From Camelus ferus (taxonomy: Eukaryota), in NCBI RefSeq assembly GCF_009834535.1, contig NC_045697.1:70248001-70312000 (forward strand): 64,000 nucleotides of DNA. Reading direction: 5' to 3'. Each line of letters opens with the position of its first letter. The stretch's first letter is position 1. The notes beneath the pieces are model-generated. The model made no database searches and was not told where the DNA came from. It saw only the letters and a program-made list of their open reading frames with translations. The position numbers and the translations under genes were made by a program. Shown in pieces: positions 1 through 13,200 of this stretch.

Positions 1-3000
1 AATAGTAACTTACTAAACTATTTCAAGAAACACTTCTTACCCCTACATATTTCCAAATTGCTATATATAGAAAGATACAATTATATTTGAAGTATGGGCC
101 ATATAATAGGAATCTCTGTTTTAAAATATGAAAAAGATCAACAGAAAGAATTCATACCAATAAAATTCTGTGGACTGGATTTCAAAGTTTGAAGTAAGAA
201 AATCCACTGCTAATGGAAGCCCTGTTCTATGCAAACATAGTGTGGTATATATTAAACAATCACATATTTGAGGTATTAGCTGGAAAATATATATATATGT
301 ATATGTGTGTGTATGTGTGTATATATATATACATACACACACACACACATACCTATACATGGACACACCCACAGAATATTCACAAATCTATTGGCCCCAA
401 AACCAGCAGGTAATAAAATTAAAGGAAAAGGAATCACATACTGACAGGAAAGTTACACACAAGGAATTTACAAAAAATGTGGTTACATAATCCTTAATAT
501 AAGGAATATGTTTTGAATTAACGTTTTGAGGGAAAATGTTTCCATTTATATGAAACTATTTAATAGTAATAAAATGAAAAAGGAATCCTGAATTCTAGGA
601 CTGTGTTGCCTGCCAGATTATTAAAGGAATATACAAGAATACTTGAACCTCCTCATTCTACCCACTTTTTCCTTGAACTTAAAAATTAGAATTAAACTTT
701 GGAAGTTATTTTGAGACTACTCTCTTTTCTTTTTTACTGGTTTTAGAGAACTTTATGGATTTTTAACTAGGCAGTAGTCCAATGTGGCCAAGAGATAAGG
801 TTTTCCAGCTATCTAGTAAAGATTAAAATTAAGATTTATTGTTCATTTTCAGAAGTTTTTCTGTTCAGTTAAGAAAAAAGATTATGAATGCCCTTTCAGT
901 AGGTTCACTCAGTATAAAGACAGATAGTAGTATGAGTAGTATTGAATGCAAACTTCACATGGGGAAGCTAAATAAATGCACAAATTCTCCTGAACCATTT
1001 GGTCCTTTGACCTAATACTTAACTAAAAGATGGCTCATTTGGTCCTCAGGCCAACATCAAGAAATATTTCACTGCTTTAACACAGGTGGGAGATTTATTT
1101 TTTAATTAAATATGCAAAAATGCATTATTAAGTAATATTAACATGTCACATTTGTTAAATAATTATTGCATTTAAAAATATTACAGATCAACAAAGGGAA
1201 ATCAAGACGTTAATCATTTATCTCAGTAACTTTTACATAGTATAACTAAAGATTTAACAAGAACACTTAAGCATAAAAGTGCAATTAAAGTAAAGAGCTG
1301 GAATTCTACCTTTCCGTTCCTGTGAACACCTGAACTGACATAAAAACAGAGTGGCTTAATAATGCACTGACATATATATATGCCTTAAGGACATATTTTT
1401 TTCTACCAAATCTTTATAAATCATAAAGAATAATGTAATGTTATGAAACAAATACTTATTTAAGCATTCAAATGCAGTCTGTTACCAAAATATATTGTCT
1501 TCACTTATTATTTCTCATTGCTGAGTATTAAATTCTCAGATTTGATCAAAATTCCAGAACTTACAAATGACTAGCACCTGTCTATTTGGGAAGTAAGGAC
1601 TCAAAAGAGGAGGAGAAAAGGTACTATTTACTTTCCCCCAAATCCTCATAAGGACAAGAATGTTTCAGGGTGTGTTTAAAAAGGGATAAAAATGTAAAGC
1701 ATTAATAAATATAACTGCTGCCAACCTTCTAAAATACCAGTTAGAGAAGCTAGTAGAGCAATACTCAAAAAAAGAGGGCTTTTAGGCAATGATTAAAATG
1801 AACAGTACAAATTAACAAATGAAATTGCAAAGCTCAGGTAGCTAAAAATAAGATGGAAAAATGCCGTGATTTTGGTTACAAGAGTAACAAATGTGAAAAA
1901 TCTTACACCTCAAGATAGCTGAAATGAAGTCTTCCTACTTCGTAGAATTAACTCAAAATTCTAAGACACTTGGATGGGCCTTTGCACCATGATACAAGTC
2001 ACATTAAGAACTTACGCTTTACTTGCATACTTCACACGTGGCTTAAATCGTCAGGCACTCGGGTCATTTCCCACAGTTGTTTGAAAATTTTACTTTATCA
2101 AACACATTTTATGACTTATGAAATGTAATGTAATGCAACTGAAATATAATACTGTCCAAAAGCCATGTATGACTTCACAATATATAACTCCACTTAACTC
2201 AATAACTTCATCTGTCCCTTTTAAAGTCAGGATTAAGGGAAAAAGAATCAGTCAACAAGAGTTCAATTCACATAAGCATCAACCACAAGAGTGTAAATTT
2301 TCCATCAAACTTGGAAAAATAAATGGTTGAAATTTCATTTAAATTTTTATCTAAGTTTTCTGATGCATATGAATTTTTAAAGTTAATTAGAATGCTATGA
2401 CATTTTTTAAGAAACTCATTCTATAGGCTCAAGAAAATACTTTAAATTGTATTTTCTTTCAAGCACACTTTTTTTTAGGATGCATTTCTAAAAGAAAGTT
2501 GGTTAAGCTGTCTAGTTTTCCTAGGACAGAATGTTGTTTAGTTAAACTAATTCAATCAGGCATTTCTATTGATTTACCTGGAAAAGGCAATACAAGAGGA
2601 CAGTTAAAAAAGAATGGTCATTTTAGAAGTTATATTCAACAGATCCTATAAATTAACTATATTCAGGAAAAAAAATCTTTAAATAAAAGAACACTGCCAC
2701 TCTAATTAGCATTCTCTCACACACACAAAAATTACCAAAGATGTGTTCATGTTCCATTAAATGAGAAGTAAAATCATTAAAATATTAACCACTGTTAAAC
2801 CTAGAAGACTAGAAATCAAACAGTTTCATACTCAATATACAGGCACCAAAAACTTCAATTTCCAGCTGATTTTTTAAATTTATATTATGGATTTAATTAT
2901 AAGGAGCTTATTCCTATAGGATTAACTGAATTACTCAATGGTGAATAGATTTCAGCTCAAATTTTTGTAAGGATAACTTGCTATAAATCACTATTCTACC

Positions 3001-4101
3001 TGCTGCTGTATTTCTGCTCACTGTTGCATATGGCCAAACAGATCATGCTCTGATCAAGTGTGCTGTAATCTACTTATATGTTTAAGAGTTGGCAATCAAG
3101 TTAAAAGGCACAAAGCTTCATTTTAGTAGTAATTTTCCTTATTACTTAGGCAATAGTAAGAACCCATTTACTTTTGGATCCTGCTTAAATGATCACTAAG
3201 AAGAAACTGCAAATTTCCATGGGGGAAAAACAGGTAGGCCCTTTTCTTCATAAAATTTAGCAGCCTTCAAAGACATACATAGGAACATTTGGGGGCCTTT
3301 TATTGGAATTGCAAATGACATAACTGCAATTTACTGTTGAAGACCCTTTTTGGTTAGTATTTATATAGCCATTTCCTCATTTTCTTTAAAATCGATCAGT
3401 ATAGCATTTCATTTCTATGCATGGCTTAGCAATTCATAAAACTAAATAAATAGCAAACTGATACTTTACACCAGTTCATTTATCTCAATATATATTTTGG
3501 AATATAATGGCAATATTAAAAATATCAATTCCCTCTAAGCTGATAATGCTACAAGATTTTACACAAAGTTAAACAGCTTTTGTTTTTTCTTTTCTTTTTG
3601 ATAAAGTTTCATTGTAAACTCCACACATTTGACATCTGACAAGGTAGATGTAATTTTGTCATACAACATTTATTCCATCAATTTAAACTGAAGTGTCTCA
3701 TGGAGCTAAACACCAAAAGAATTTAAATAAAAAGGCAATAATAACCTGTATATACACAAAATGATCATTCCATAAATATTTACATGACAAGGGAAAAATG
3801 GAGAATCTAAAACCAGGAACGGCTACAGGTGTGATGATCCTTTCTCAGACATTTTTAGTTAGGAATCATATAAGCTTTTAAAGTGAAAATAATTGCAGAA
3901 GCATAACTAAAATATTCATTTTAGTTTTCAGTTTCTTACTATTTAAAGGAGCCAGTAGGTCATAAACAGTCCAAGATTTCAGGGACCAACTGTTCAGTTT
4001 AGTTTTCAACATCGTATCTTTTTCTTTAGCTCTCAAGATGAAACTAAACTTACTTGCAGAAAAAATAAAGAGTACTCTAAAAGATATAAACAAATTCCAG
4101 T
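1..4101 (-). other. DNAJB14: DNAJB14 long AU-rich 3' UTR (distal end uncertain, may extend beyond the window)
   Basis: Follows the stop codon; AT-rich with no interspersed repeats I could recognise; several minus-strand AATAAA (e.g. 3669-3674, 3299-3304, 1094-1099, 835-840). Confidence 0.65.
287..352. repeat. Compound (TA)n/(TG)n/(CA)n microsatellite
   Basis: atatatatatatgtatatgtgtgtgtatgtgtgtatatatatatacatacacacacacacacatac. Confidence 0.95.
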
Positions 4102-4226
4102 TCATCCTCCTTTATAAATACTGGTCAGCCGCTCCAGTTCTTTACAGTTGTCCATGCTCAAGGCGTCTGCCTTCCTGCGGAGTCGTTCATCACGGTAGAC
4201 TTTTGCTGCATACTGCATATCAGTTT
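4102..4226 (-). CDS. DNAJB14: DNAJB14 last coding exon ([41 protein letters not shown])
   Basis: Acceptor tttgtcaacag|AA; TGA at 4102-4104. Confidence 0.96.
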
Positions 4227-7200
4227 CTGTTGACAAAAATATTTGGCAGAGTAAGAATTTAGATCACCTAGTTGTTTAAACTCAGATGATGTTTCATATG
4301 AGCCCCTCAATATATTTCTATTAACTGACTTTTTTAAAAAAAGAAATCCGGGTACTAGAACTAAAAGCCATTTGAAAGCCTAGCATGTAAAACAAATGCA
4401 GAGCTGCTCTAGAAAACAAGGATAGTGTCCTATCAACTCTTTCTTGCCTCCACTCCTGTGCTCAGAGGTTTAAAAACTACTGCTCTAAAGCATCATCTCA
4501 ACCTCTTATCCCAAAGGTATCATATGCAATTCAACACTGCCAGTAGTTGTTTTTGCTATGAGCTTTTATTAAGGTTCCCAATTAACTGCCAAGATCTGAG
4601 TAGAAAAAAATTAAATCTTGTTTTGGGTTTGCCTGATTTAAAACACATATAATAAACTTACTAAAGGAACACAAAAGAGAAAAAAGCTTGCTTTACATTC
4701 ATAGTAGTGGTATTTAGCAAATAAGTATCTTTGAGGCTTCCTTCAATATGTGGTTAGCATTAATTAAGAAAGATGAACGGATTAGAAATCAAACATTCCT
4801 AAGGGAACTATTTCTATTTTCCAGTTAGTCCCAGCCATTTCACTGTTTAGTTAACACTTCTAAAGGGTGGGAGCTCTTAAATAAGATTTAAAAAACAGTG
4901 GCCAAATTAGAGGACTTCAGATAGGACCACATTAAAAATACACAGATACGAGTGTATTCTATTTGCAAGGATCATTCAGAAATGATCAGGTTAGGATTTA
5001 ACAACTCAATCAGAATCACTCCACCTCTTTTACTTACAAATGAGGCACTTGTAAAATCTGTTTGCATACAATTCTTTCCTAATGAGGTAGATAAGTCAAA
5101 GTTCACAGGGCTAGGAAATGGCAGAATCTAGACTCCAATCTTAATCTCCAACTCTAGCCTAATACTCTTTCCATTACCTCAAATTACTGCTCGTATTTTA
5201 TAGAACACCTATTTTACCAATGTAGACATTAGAGAATGTTAGAAGTGACTCTAAACAGAAAAATCCCGACAAGAGTATCCAAATTCCTCACCTGTAGATT
5301 TGCTAAATTTGTTGAATTTGATTTCGAAAATTTCAAATGTACACCCAAATTAAGAGTACCACAATAAACACTCCCAGACCTTTTACCTTGATCAATTCTT
5401 CTCATTTTGTCAAATTTGCTTTAGCTTTCTCTACAATAAAGGTTGTTGTTATTGTTGTGGTAGTTATTATTATTTTGTAGAACTTTTTGAGAGTAAGTTG
5501 CAGACACCATGACCTTTCATTCCTAATTACTTCAGCATGTTTCTCCCAAGAACAAGGGCATTCTCTTATATAACCACAATACAATTTTCAAATTCAGAAC
5601 TTTAACAATGACATAATACCATTATCTAATGTGTAGTCCATATTCAGATTTTGCCAATTGTCTCAGTGGTGTCCTGATGTCCTTTATAACCATTGCCTCC
5701 CCATTCAGGATCCAATCTAAGATCACACACTATATTTAGTTGTCACGTCTCTCTAGTCTTTAAGAGTTTTGTCTTGTTTTAATAGTCTTGAACACAAGCA
5801 AGTTGTTTTGTAAATAATGACTTACTAAATCAGAATTAGCTAAAACTTCTGCTAATAACTTTGAAAGACACGTATAAATGTGTACAATATAGCTGTAGAT
5901 AATGTGGTATAGTAGACAGAAGATCGACCGAAGCGTCCATGAAACCTATTGTGATACTTACCTTGCCAGACTGTTAAAAGGTGAAACTAAATTATGCCAA
6001 GCAAAACCACTTAGTTTGCTAGGGCTAGAGTAAAAAATAATGATAATTATAATAAATAATAATACACTTACTGGTGCAAGGCATTATGCTAAGTGTTAAT
6101 ATATATTATCCGGTCCATATTTAATAAGATAACTGAGCCTTAGGTTAAGTAACTTCGCCTAGGTAATGTGCTGGTGGAGCCAGGATCTTGCAAGGCAGTC
6201 CCAGAGCCTACACTTTAATCATAATGTTACATTCTCTTCCATAAATGAGTATCTTTCCCGTCCTTCTTTCTCTTTATGCAGTCAATTCCCAATTATTTAA
6301 GGTAATAGAAGGTAAGTATGCATAATCCAAAAATCACCCATTTTGGCTGGGGAGTAGAACTTGTATTTGAAAATGGTTTTATCTAACATGCTAGCCATTC
6401 TTTAACACAAAATAAGCAGGTCTTTCGTTCATTCATTCTTATGAATTCATTCATTATTCATCCAATTGCTCACATAGCCATCAAAACTTACTTTATGACT
6501 ATGACGTGCCAAGGATTGTGCAAAGTACTACAGATCAAAAAATTAAGCAAAATAAAATTAAATAAATAAAATGTGGTAAATACTTCCTTAAGACCTTCGG
6601 CTAATACAAGGTTTCGCAACCTCAGCAATGCTGGCATTTGGAACCAGATAGTTCTTGTTGTGGAGGTTGTACTGCATACTGAAGAATATTTAGTAGCATC
6701 CCTGGCCTTAACCCATCAGATGCTGGTAGCAATCCCTTCCACCACCACCTCATCCCCCATCCCTGCCGTGCTGACACAGTTTCCAGACATTGTTACCAAA
6801 TGTCCCCTGGGAGGCAGGGGCAAATCATTCCCAGTTGAAAACCACCAGTCTAATCTTCTCCACATTGAGAACAGACTGATTCACAGACCCAGACTTAGAA
6901 ACCAAGGAGGTCATATCGCCTCTAACTAGCAGTATATAGATGAAGAAACCAAGGCTAGAGATGAGGACTCTCTTAGAAGTACACAAGGTTAGTTTCATCA
7001 AATTTTCCCTGGTGAGTAAGAGATAATGATACTGCTCCCATTCTCTGAGTATTTACTACACATGAGACACTTTAACTATTGCCTAATTTAAGTTTCACAA
7101 CAAGCCCATAAAGTTAGGTACTATTGAGAAGGCTGTGGAGCACAGTGCTGGATTCTGAAACAAACTGGTTTCGAATCATAGTTTACCTTGACGACTTTGG

Positions 7201-10200
7201 GCAAGTTCTAATTAATCTCTCTTTGCCTCAGTTTCCTCATAAATAATGTAGGTGTAATAACCTCACAGTGTTGTGGAGTTTAAATAACTTTATATGTGTG
7301 TGTGTATGTGTATATATATATATATATAGTACTTAGGACAGTGACTGAAACAATAGGTATTTAAATTACAGTTACTTCCTCTTCCCATTCATCATCATCA
7401 TTATCCATTTTATATATGAGGGAATAAATTCACAGACGTTAGACTATTTGTTCCTAATCACTCAGCTGAAATTTTTCAGAGTAGGATTCAACTTTAGTCT
7501 GTTTAATTCCAAAGTCTTCACCATATAGTCTACATTATTCATAACAGTCAGAAAGACAAAAAACTCTAACACTCAGTTCACATGCAGCATCTTGGCAGAT
7601 TCTTAATGTCAACTTTTTTATAGGTATAACTGCTTAATTAAGACAGCCGAGGCTGGAAAAGGCTAAACAAATTGATTAAGAGTTCACTAGGACTTCTCTC
7701 CATACAAAATAAAGGAAAATGAAATGTCAACAAAACTCATTGTACATTAAGTGCTCCATGTTGAATTAGTGAATTCATGAAGAGCTTCAAATTTAAATCT
7801 GAAACAGGATGTATATTAGAACTGATGACATAGTTTATGCCAGGATCTTTTTCTTTCCTAGTGGTACATAAAATAGTGATGCATGCCACAATTGACAACG
7901 TCGTAAATACAATGAAATTTAGTATTATCCACTTATTCCACCAAATATTTATTATAACAACAAGCACACAACTGCCATTTATTAAGTCCTTGCTATGTCC
8001 CAAATACTATTATAAGACCACATGCACATTAAAACATATGGTCTCATTTAAGCATTGGGCTCCGAGTATGTGCCAGGCAATTCTATAACATTCTTTGAGT
8101 AGGGAAATACACAGTAATCAATTCCAAAGACCCTGAATAAATTTTTAAATGCTAAAACATTTGATAAACTTACTTTGTTGTCTTTCTTTCCAGCAATTAT
8201 TTCGAATGTTAGTCACATAATCTTCTTCCACACTCTTTTCTACCTTTTGTAATAACATTCCTTTATATTCATTTTTAAAGTCCTTGTTGACATAATAAAC
8301 GACACCCAAGTTTTCTGTCTGCATTTTAATCGTTTGCCCTGATCCACTGTAAAAGAAATGCTTGATCATTATTTTTTAATTAAAATTGTACATTCTGATT
8401 TGCTACTACAAACCAAACTAACAAAAACAATTGAAAATAATTAAAAGTTAATATAGGTAATCAAGTATTTACATTATCTCAAATTACCTAAAACTACCAT
8501 TCATGTCATAAAAAAGCAATCATTTTAATATATTATGTTCTTATAAGTTCTCTCAATTTTTAGTTAGTACAAATTTTATTTGGAAGAAATAAATTATTTA
8601 ATTTTAGACCAATCTATTTTTTAATATTACAAAAATCACTGGCAATATGATTTTGATTTTACAGTTTCCTTTATGTCCACTGTATTATACTAAAGTCTTT
8701 TAGAATGGATGCTGCATTAAATGTACTATATGTCCTGACCTTTTATATACAATGTATATTATGGAAAACTACCTCATATAACAAAAAAGTAATATTTGCT
8801 TTTATTTAATCAATATTTTACAGACAGAAGAGTGAAGTCATTTCCCCTTTAATGACACAAATCTACATAAGATCAATCACAATTCTATTTTTGTCTTCTA
8901 AAGTCTTTGATGTCAACATACTACCTGTTAACGTTAAATTGCTATCAAGTTCTAATATAGCACTTCTGTCTTTATTCACAATGGAACAGAAGTGTAAACT
9001 AACAAAATACGAATTTATTGCTTGAGTATTTTTAAAATTAGAGACTTTTAAATCAGGTACACATGTAGTAGTAAAAGATTTGGCACTTAAAAGTTTAAGA
9101 GAGCAACAGGCCCTTTAAATGAAGCTAGGCAAGAAACAATTCGTCTTTTCGTAAAACTTCACTTAGCTACTTACGATCTGGGATATAAGGAATAAGGAGG
9201 ATTAGAGACCATCAACTGGCTTAATAATGACACGAGGATCAATACAATAATGGGCATCAGCTGGATAAACACAGAAAAACCTCCCTATAAAAAAATCATC
9301 AAAGAATAACAGATTGTAATATAACTGTAGTTGTCAATAATCCAACAGCTGTCATACATTTTCAGAGGCAGAAAGGACGTTTGAGATCATCTGGTTCAAT
9401 GCTTATAAATCTGCCTGATCATACCAACTTCCTGGGGGTGATTCTTAAAAACACAACTTTCTAGGTTCTTCACCTAGAGATCATGATCCTGATTTGGACA
9501 ACAATGATATAACCTCATCTCACTTTACAGATGTGGAAGTCCTCTGTCTCTCTCTTCTTCTCATACAGACTCTATCAATATGCAGTAGCTTGCAAAACTA
9601 TTTTTACCTTGGATCTGAGCATGGATCATGGACGTTGATGAGAGTGGGAGAGCTGGGGCCCAGATCTTTTACTTTCTAGTCTACTGCCTTTTCCATTTAC
9701 CTTTCTACTTCATGTAATTTAACTGCTATATGCAATTAGGTATAATTGCATTAGAACAAGGAAAGTGACTTGTAATTTAAGTTTTTGTATTAATTCTAAA
9801 TTCTTTAGAACCAGCAATAAAACTTTACCTTCAAAGCATGCACACTGCAGGTTTATCTTCATTAGAATCACAGACTATCAAATGTGAAGTGTCATGCTGC
9901 CCAACCACCCTCCAACCCTGACTTCCACCCCTGCTCCCCCAACATAACTAAGGGGTTCTCTAGTCTCTACTGAACACCTCTGGTAGAAGAAAACTCGTTA
10001 CTTCCTTTTAAAACAACTTGTCCTATTTTCAGACAACTCTAATTGCTTTTCCTGAGTTAAAATTTGCAATTTTAAGATTTCTAATCATATCATAAACATA
10101 CATCTCCTCTTTCTTCTTCTCTTTCATGTCCACTGTGTCGATGCTGATGTTGATGGCTATAACCAGGTCGTCCATTTGAAAATGAATGTACACTACCTAG

Positions 10201-13200
10201 GAAATTAAAAGCAAGGTTAAATTAGGGAGGAAATCATGATCAGAAAAATTATATTTTCTATTATATTTTTATTTAATTTTTAAAATTACTAAAACAATCC
10301 ATGTTTGAGGAATGAATGCCTCTTCTTGTGAGTAGAGGGTAGACAAAACCAAGAATGATTCTTCTCTTAAAGTAAAGGGGAAGTTCTTTCTTGATGAAAA
10401 CTTGAATTGAGTCCCTCCCTAATACTGAGTACATAGAGGATTTTTGCTGTGGTCAGCTGTTTTCAGAAACCTTGGATCATTAATCTGAAACTCTACTTTC
10501 TGCATTTATCAATTTCTGCCACAATTTTCAAACATTTTCTTTTCGATGGACATTCAAATTGTTTTCAAAGAGGGTGACCAACCAGAGATGGCTACCACTG
10601 ATTAACTATGTTAAAACAAACAAAAGGACTTCAACAATCAGAAAATTCACTATTACCTAAAAGATTTCTAGTTATTCCTAAAATATTTTCAGTCAAAATT
10701 ATTAGTCTGAATAATTTTTCTGTGATAGGTAATTATGTATCTTAATGTGTCAAAATTCAGGGTATATTTTTAGTCATTAATTTGTATTTACACATCCTCT
10801 TTCAAGGATGCTTTACAAAATGCCTTATCAATGACCTCAATCTTTCTCAGTGATATTCAGCCAGGGCTAGCAGGCCAAACTGTATTGCTACATTCATAAA
10901 GACTCTCCTAATTTTGAATGGGATGTTTAACTTAGCACCTTTCATAACTGCTGTAAACAAGACTGGAGCTACAATTTTAACCACCTCAGAGTAGCTACTC
11001 TTGAAAATTAATTTCCATACAAGAAACTCACAGTAAATGTAAGTAAAATTTACTGCTTATGCTGGTACTATAAAAATCTATTCATTTAGTAGTACTTCTA
11101 CAGTATTTTACTTTGATAGCCTAGTTCAGATAACTATTTTTATCTTAATATAATTTTTTAAAACCCAGTTACCTTATATATAGCCTATAACTCAGACACG
11201 AGTATTTCATCGGAAAGTACCTCTACATATATCCATATTAGCAATCTACAATGTTATTAATGAAATATTTACAAAGATCTTCAGAAAACCAATGTCAAAT
11301 AGTTACCCAAAGTATAGGTTACCTCCTATAATTGTCACAGCATTTAACTATGATATTGCCACCAGATCTTCTACTTACACATCCTTTCTTCAGCTTTATA
11401 TAAAATATAGAATATCTTTTTAAAATTAAAATATGTCCTAGGAAAAAAGGTGGACTTAGAGTAAAGGTAATAAGTATAATTTTTTTTTCTATCTTCATGA
11501 AGAACCATCACAGGATCATAATACTATAAGATGTCAGGGAAAAAGTAGATTTATCTCTAAATAGTCTAACTGGAAGTGAGGATCTCTAGCTTCATAAAAT
11601 ACAACACTTATAACTAACATTAAAATACCTGAAGGAAATCCACCGCCAAAGAATATATTAAACAAGTCTTCTGGAGTTATATCAGCTTCACAACCTCTAT
11701 GGAAATTAAATCTACCATTGTTCTGGTGATTACATGCTTGTTCTTCATTGCCTGTGAGGTCATACTGTTTTCGTTTTTCTGGATTGCTTAAAACAGCATA
11801 TGCGTTTCCAATCTCTAGAAAAGTAATAAGTGAAAGTTGGTAAGGTAAGCAAAGCTTTTTTTTTTTTATTAAAAGAGACTACCCCATTTAAAAGCTACTT
11901 ATTGAACAACAACAATAAAAAACTACTTGAGGCTAATCAAGAAAATAAAACAGTAACAATTTCTTTTAAAGTATTACACATTGCATGTAATTACATGGAT
12001 TATTATTACCTCCCAATACAGTTTTTTATACTAGTCTTCCTATTGCCTTGACCATAAAGGAATGTCCACCTGCTTTCTTACTATTGTGCTTCACCTCTAA
12101 TATCCTGCTTCTTTCTTTGTTAGTACTCTAATCTAGTCATTCATTAGTGCCATTCAAACCGATAATAACTGCAGTAACTCCCGAGTGCTGGGCTCGGAAC
12201 CCAGTATCTTATTGCATTATCCATTATTATCCCCACTTTAAAGATTCGCTCTCTGAGGCTCAAAAAGGTTAGGAAACTTATTCAAGGTCAAATGTATTTT
12301 AGCACAGTAAGTAAACGCTATGCAACCTATACCATAAACCTTTTTTGCACACTGCAGCCCAGCATAAGGGATTCTTCATTCTATTCCTGAGCAATTTTTC
12401 TCTTAATACTGTAAACTCCACGAGGGCAGGGGCCGTGTCTGTTTTCACTGCAATACCCCCGGGGTCTAACATAAAGTCTGAATTTGTTTTTGAACAAATC
12501 CATGTAGTCTCTAGTTTTCCTATCTCATTTTGCTAATTTTGTGTACTTGTTTATGAAGAATTCTATTTCCTATCTCATACTCTTGTGTCCAAAAGAGTAC
12601 ATTAATTACCAAAATGTCTTCTTGAGGTAATTCACAGAGCTGTAATGCTTTGATCTAAAAGCAGGGATTACCCTATTCTTATTCTGACACTTTCAATAAT
12701 TAATCATTTCATAAATACAGCTTGCTTCTTAAACTAGATCATAAGCCTCTTGCAATATGGGATTATTTTAAAAATAGCTTTTGGATCCCACGTGGTAGCT
12801 GCCATAAGTACTGTGCAAGCAAATAAATGCTCATTAGGTAGTTGTTTTGGGTGATTATATATCACAGTGAAATTAATTATATAAAGATTCTCTGGAACCT
12901 TTCTTCTGATCCAGAGCTAGCTTTCAGGTGGTCTTTGAATCCAATGGTATGAAAAAATAAGGTGGCTTGTCCATTTATCTGAGGAGACAGTCCAAAACTT
13001 TCTTCAGACTTTAAAATAGGACTATGGCTCATAAATATAGCAGTCATTTATAATGTTGCTCCAGTGGGAAAGCATAATCAGAAATCCAAGCAATGCATAT
13101 ACAAACACCGCCAAGGTATTAACCCATACCTAAAAAAGAAACCGATCTAGCAGTATCTGCCAAAGGTGCACTTCCAGTAATAACAATTTTAGGATTTAAC

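Noticed and set aside
121..490. Three overlapping ORFs at the window start
   Set aside because: Generated by the dinucleotide microsatellite.
6573..6929. 118-aa plus-strand ORF
   Set aside because: Mostly MER20 sequence.
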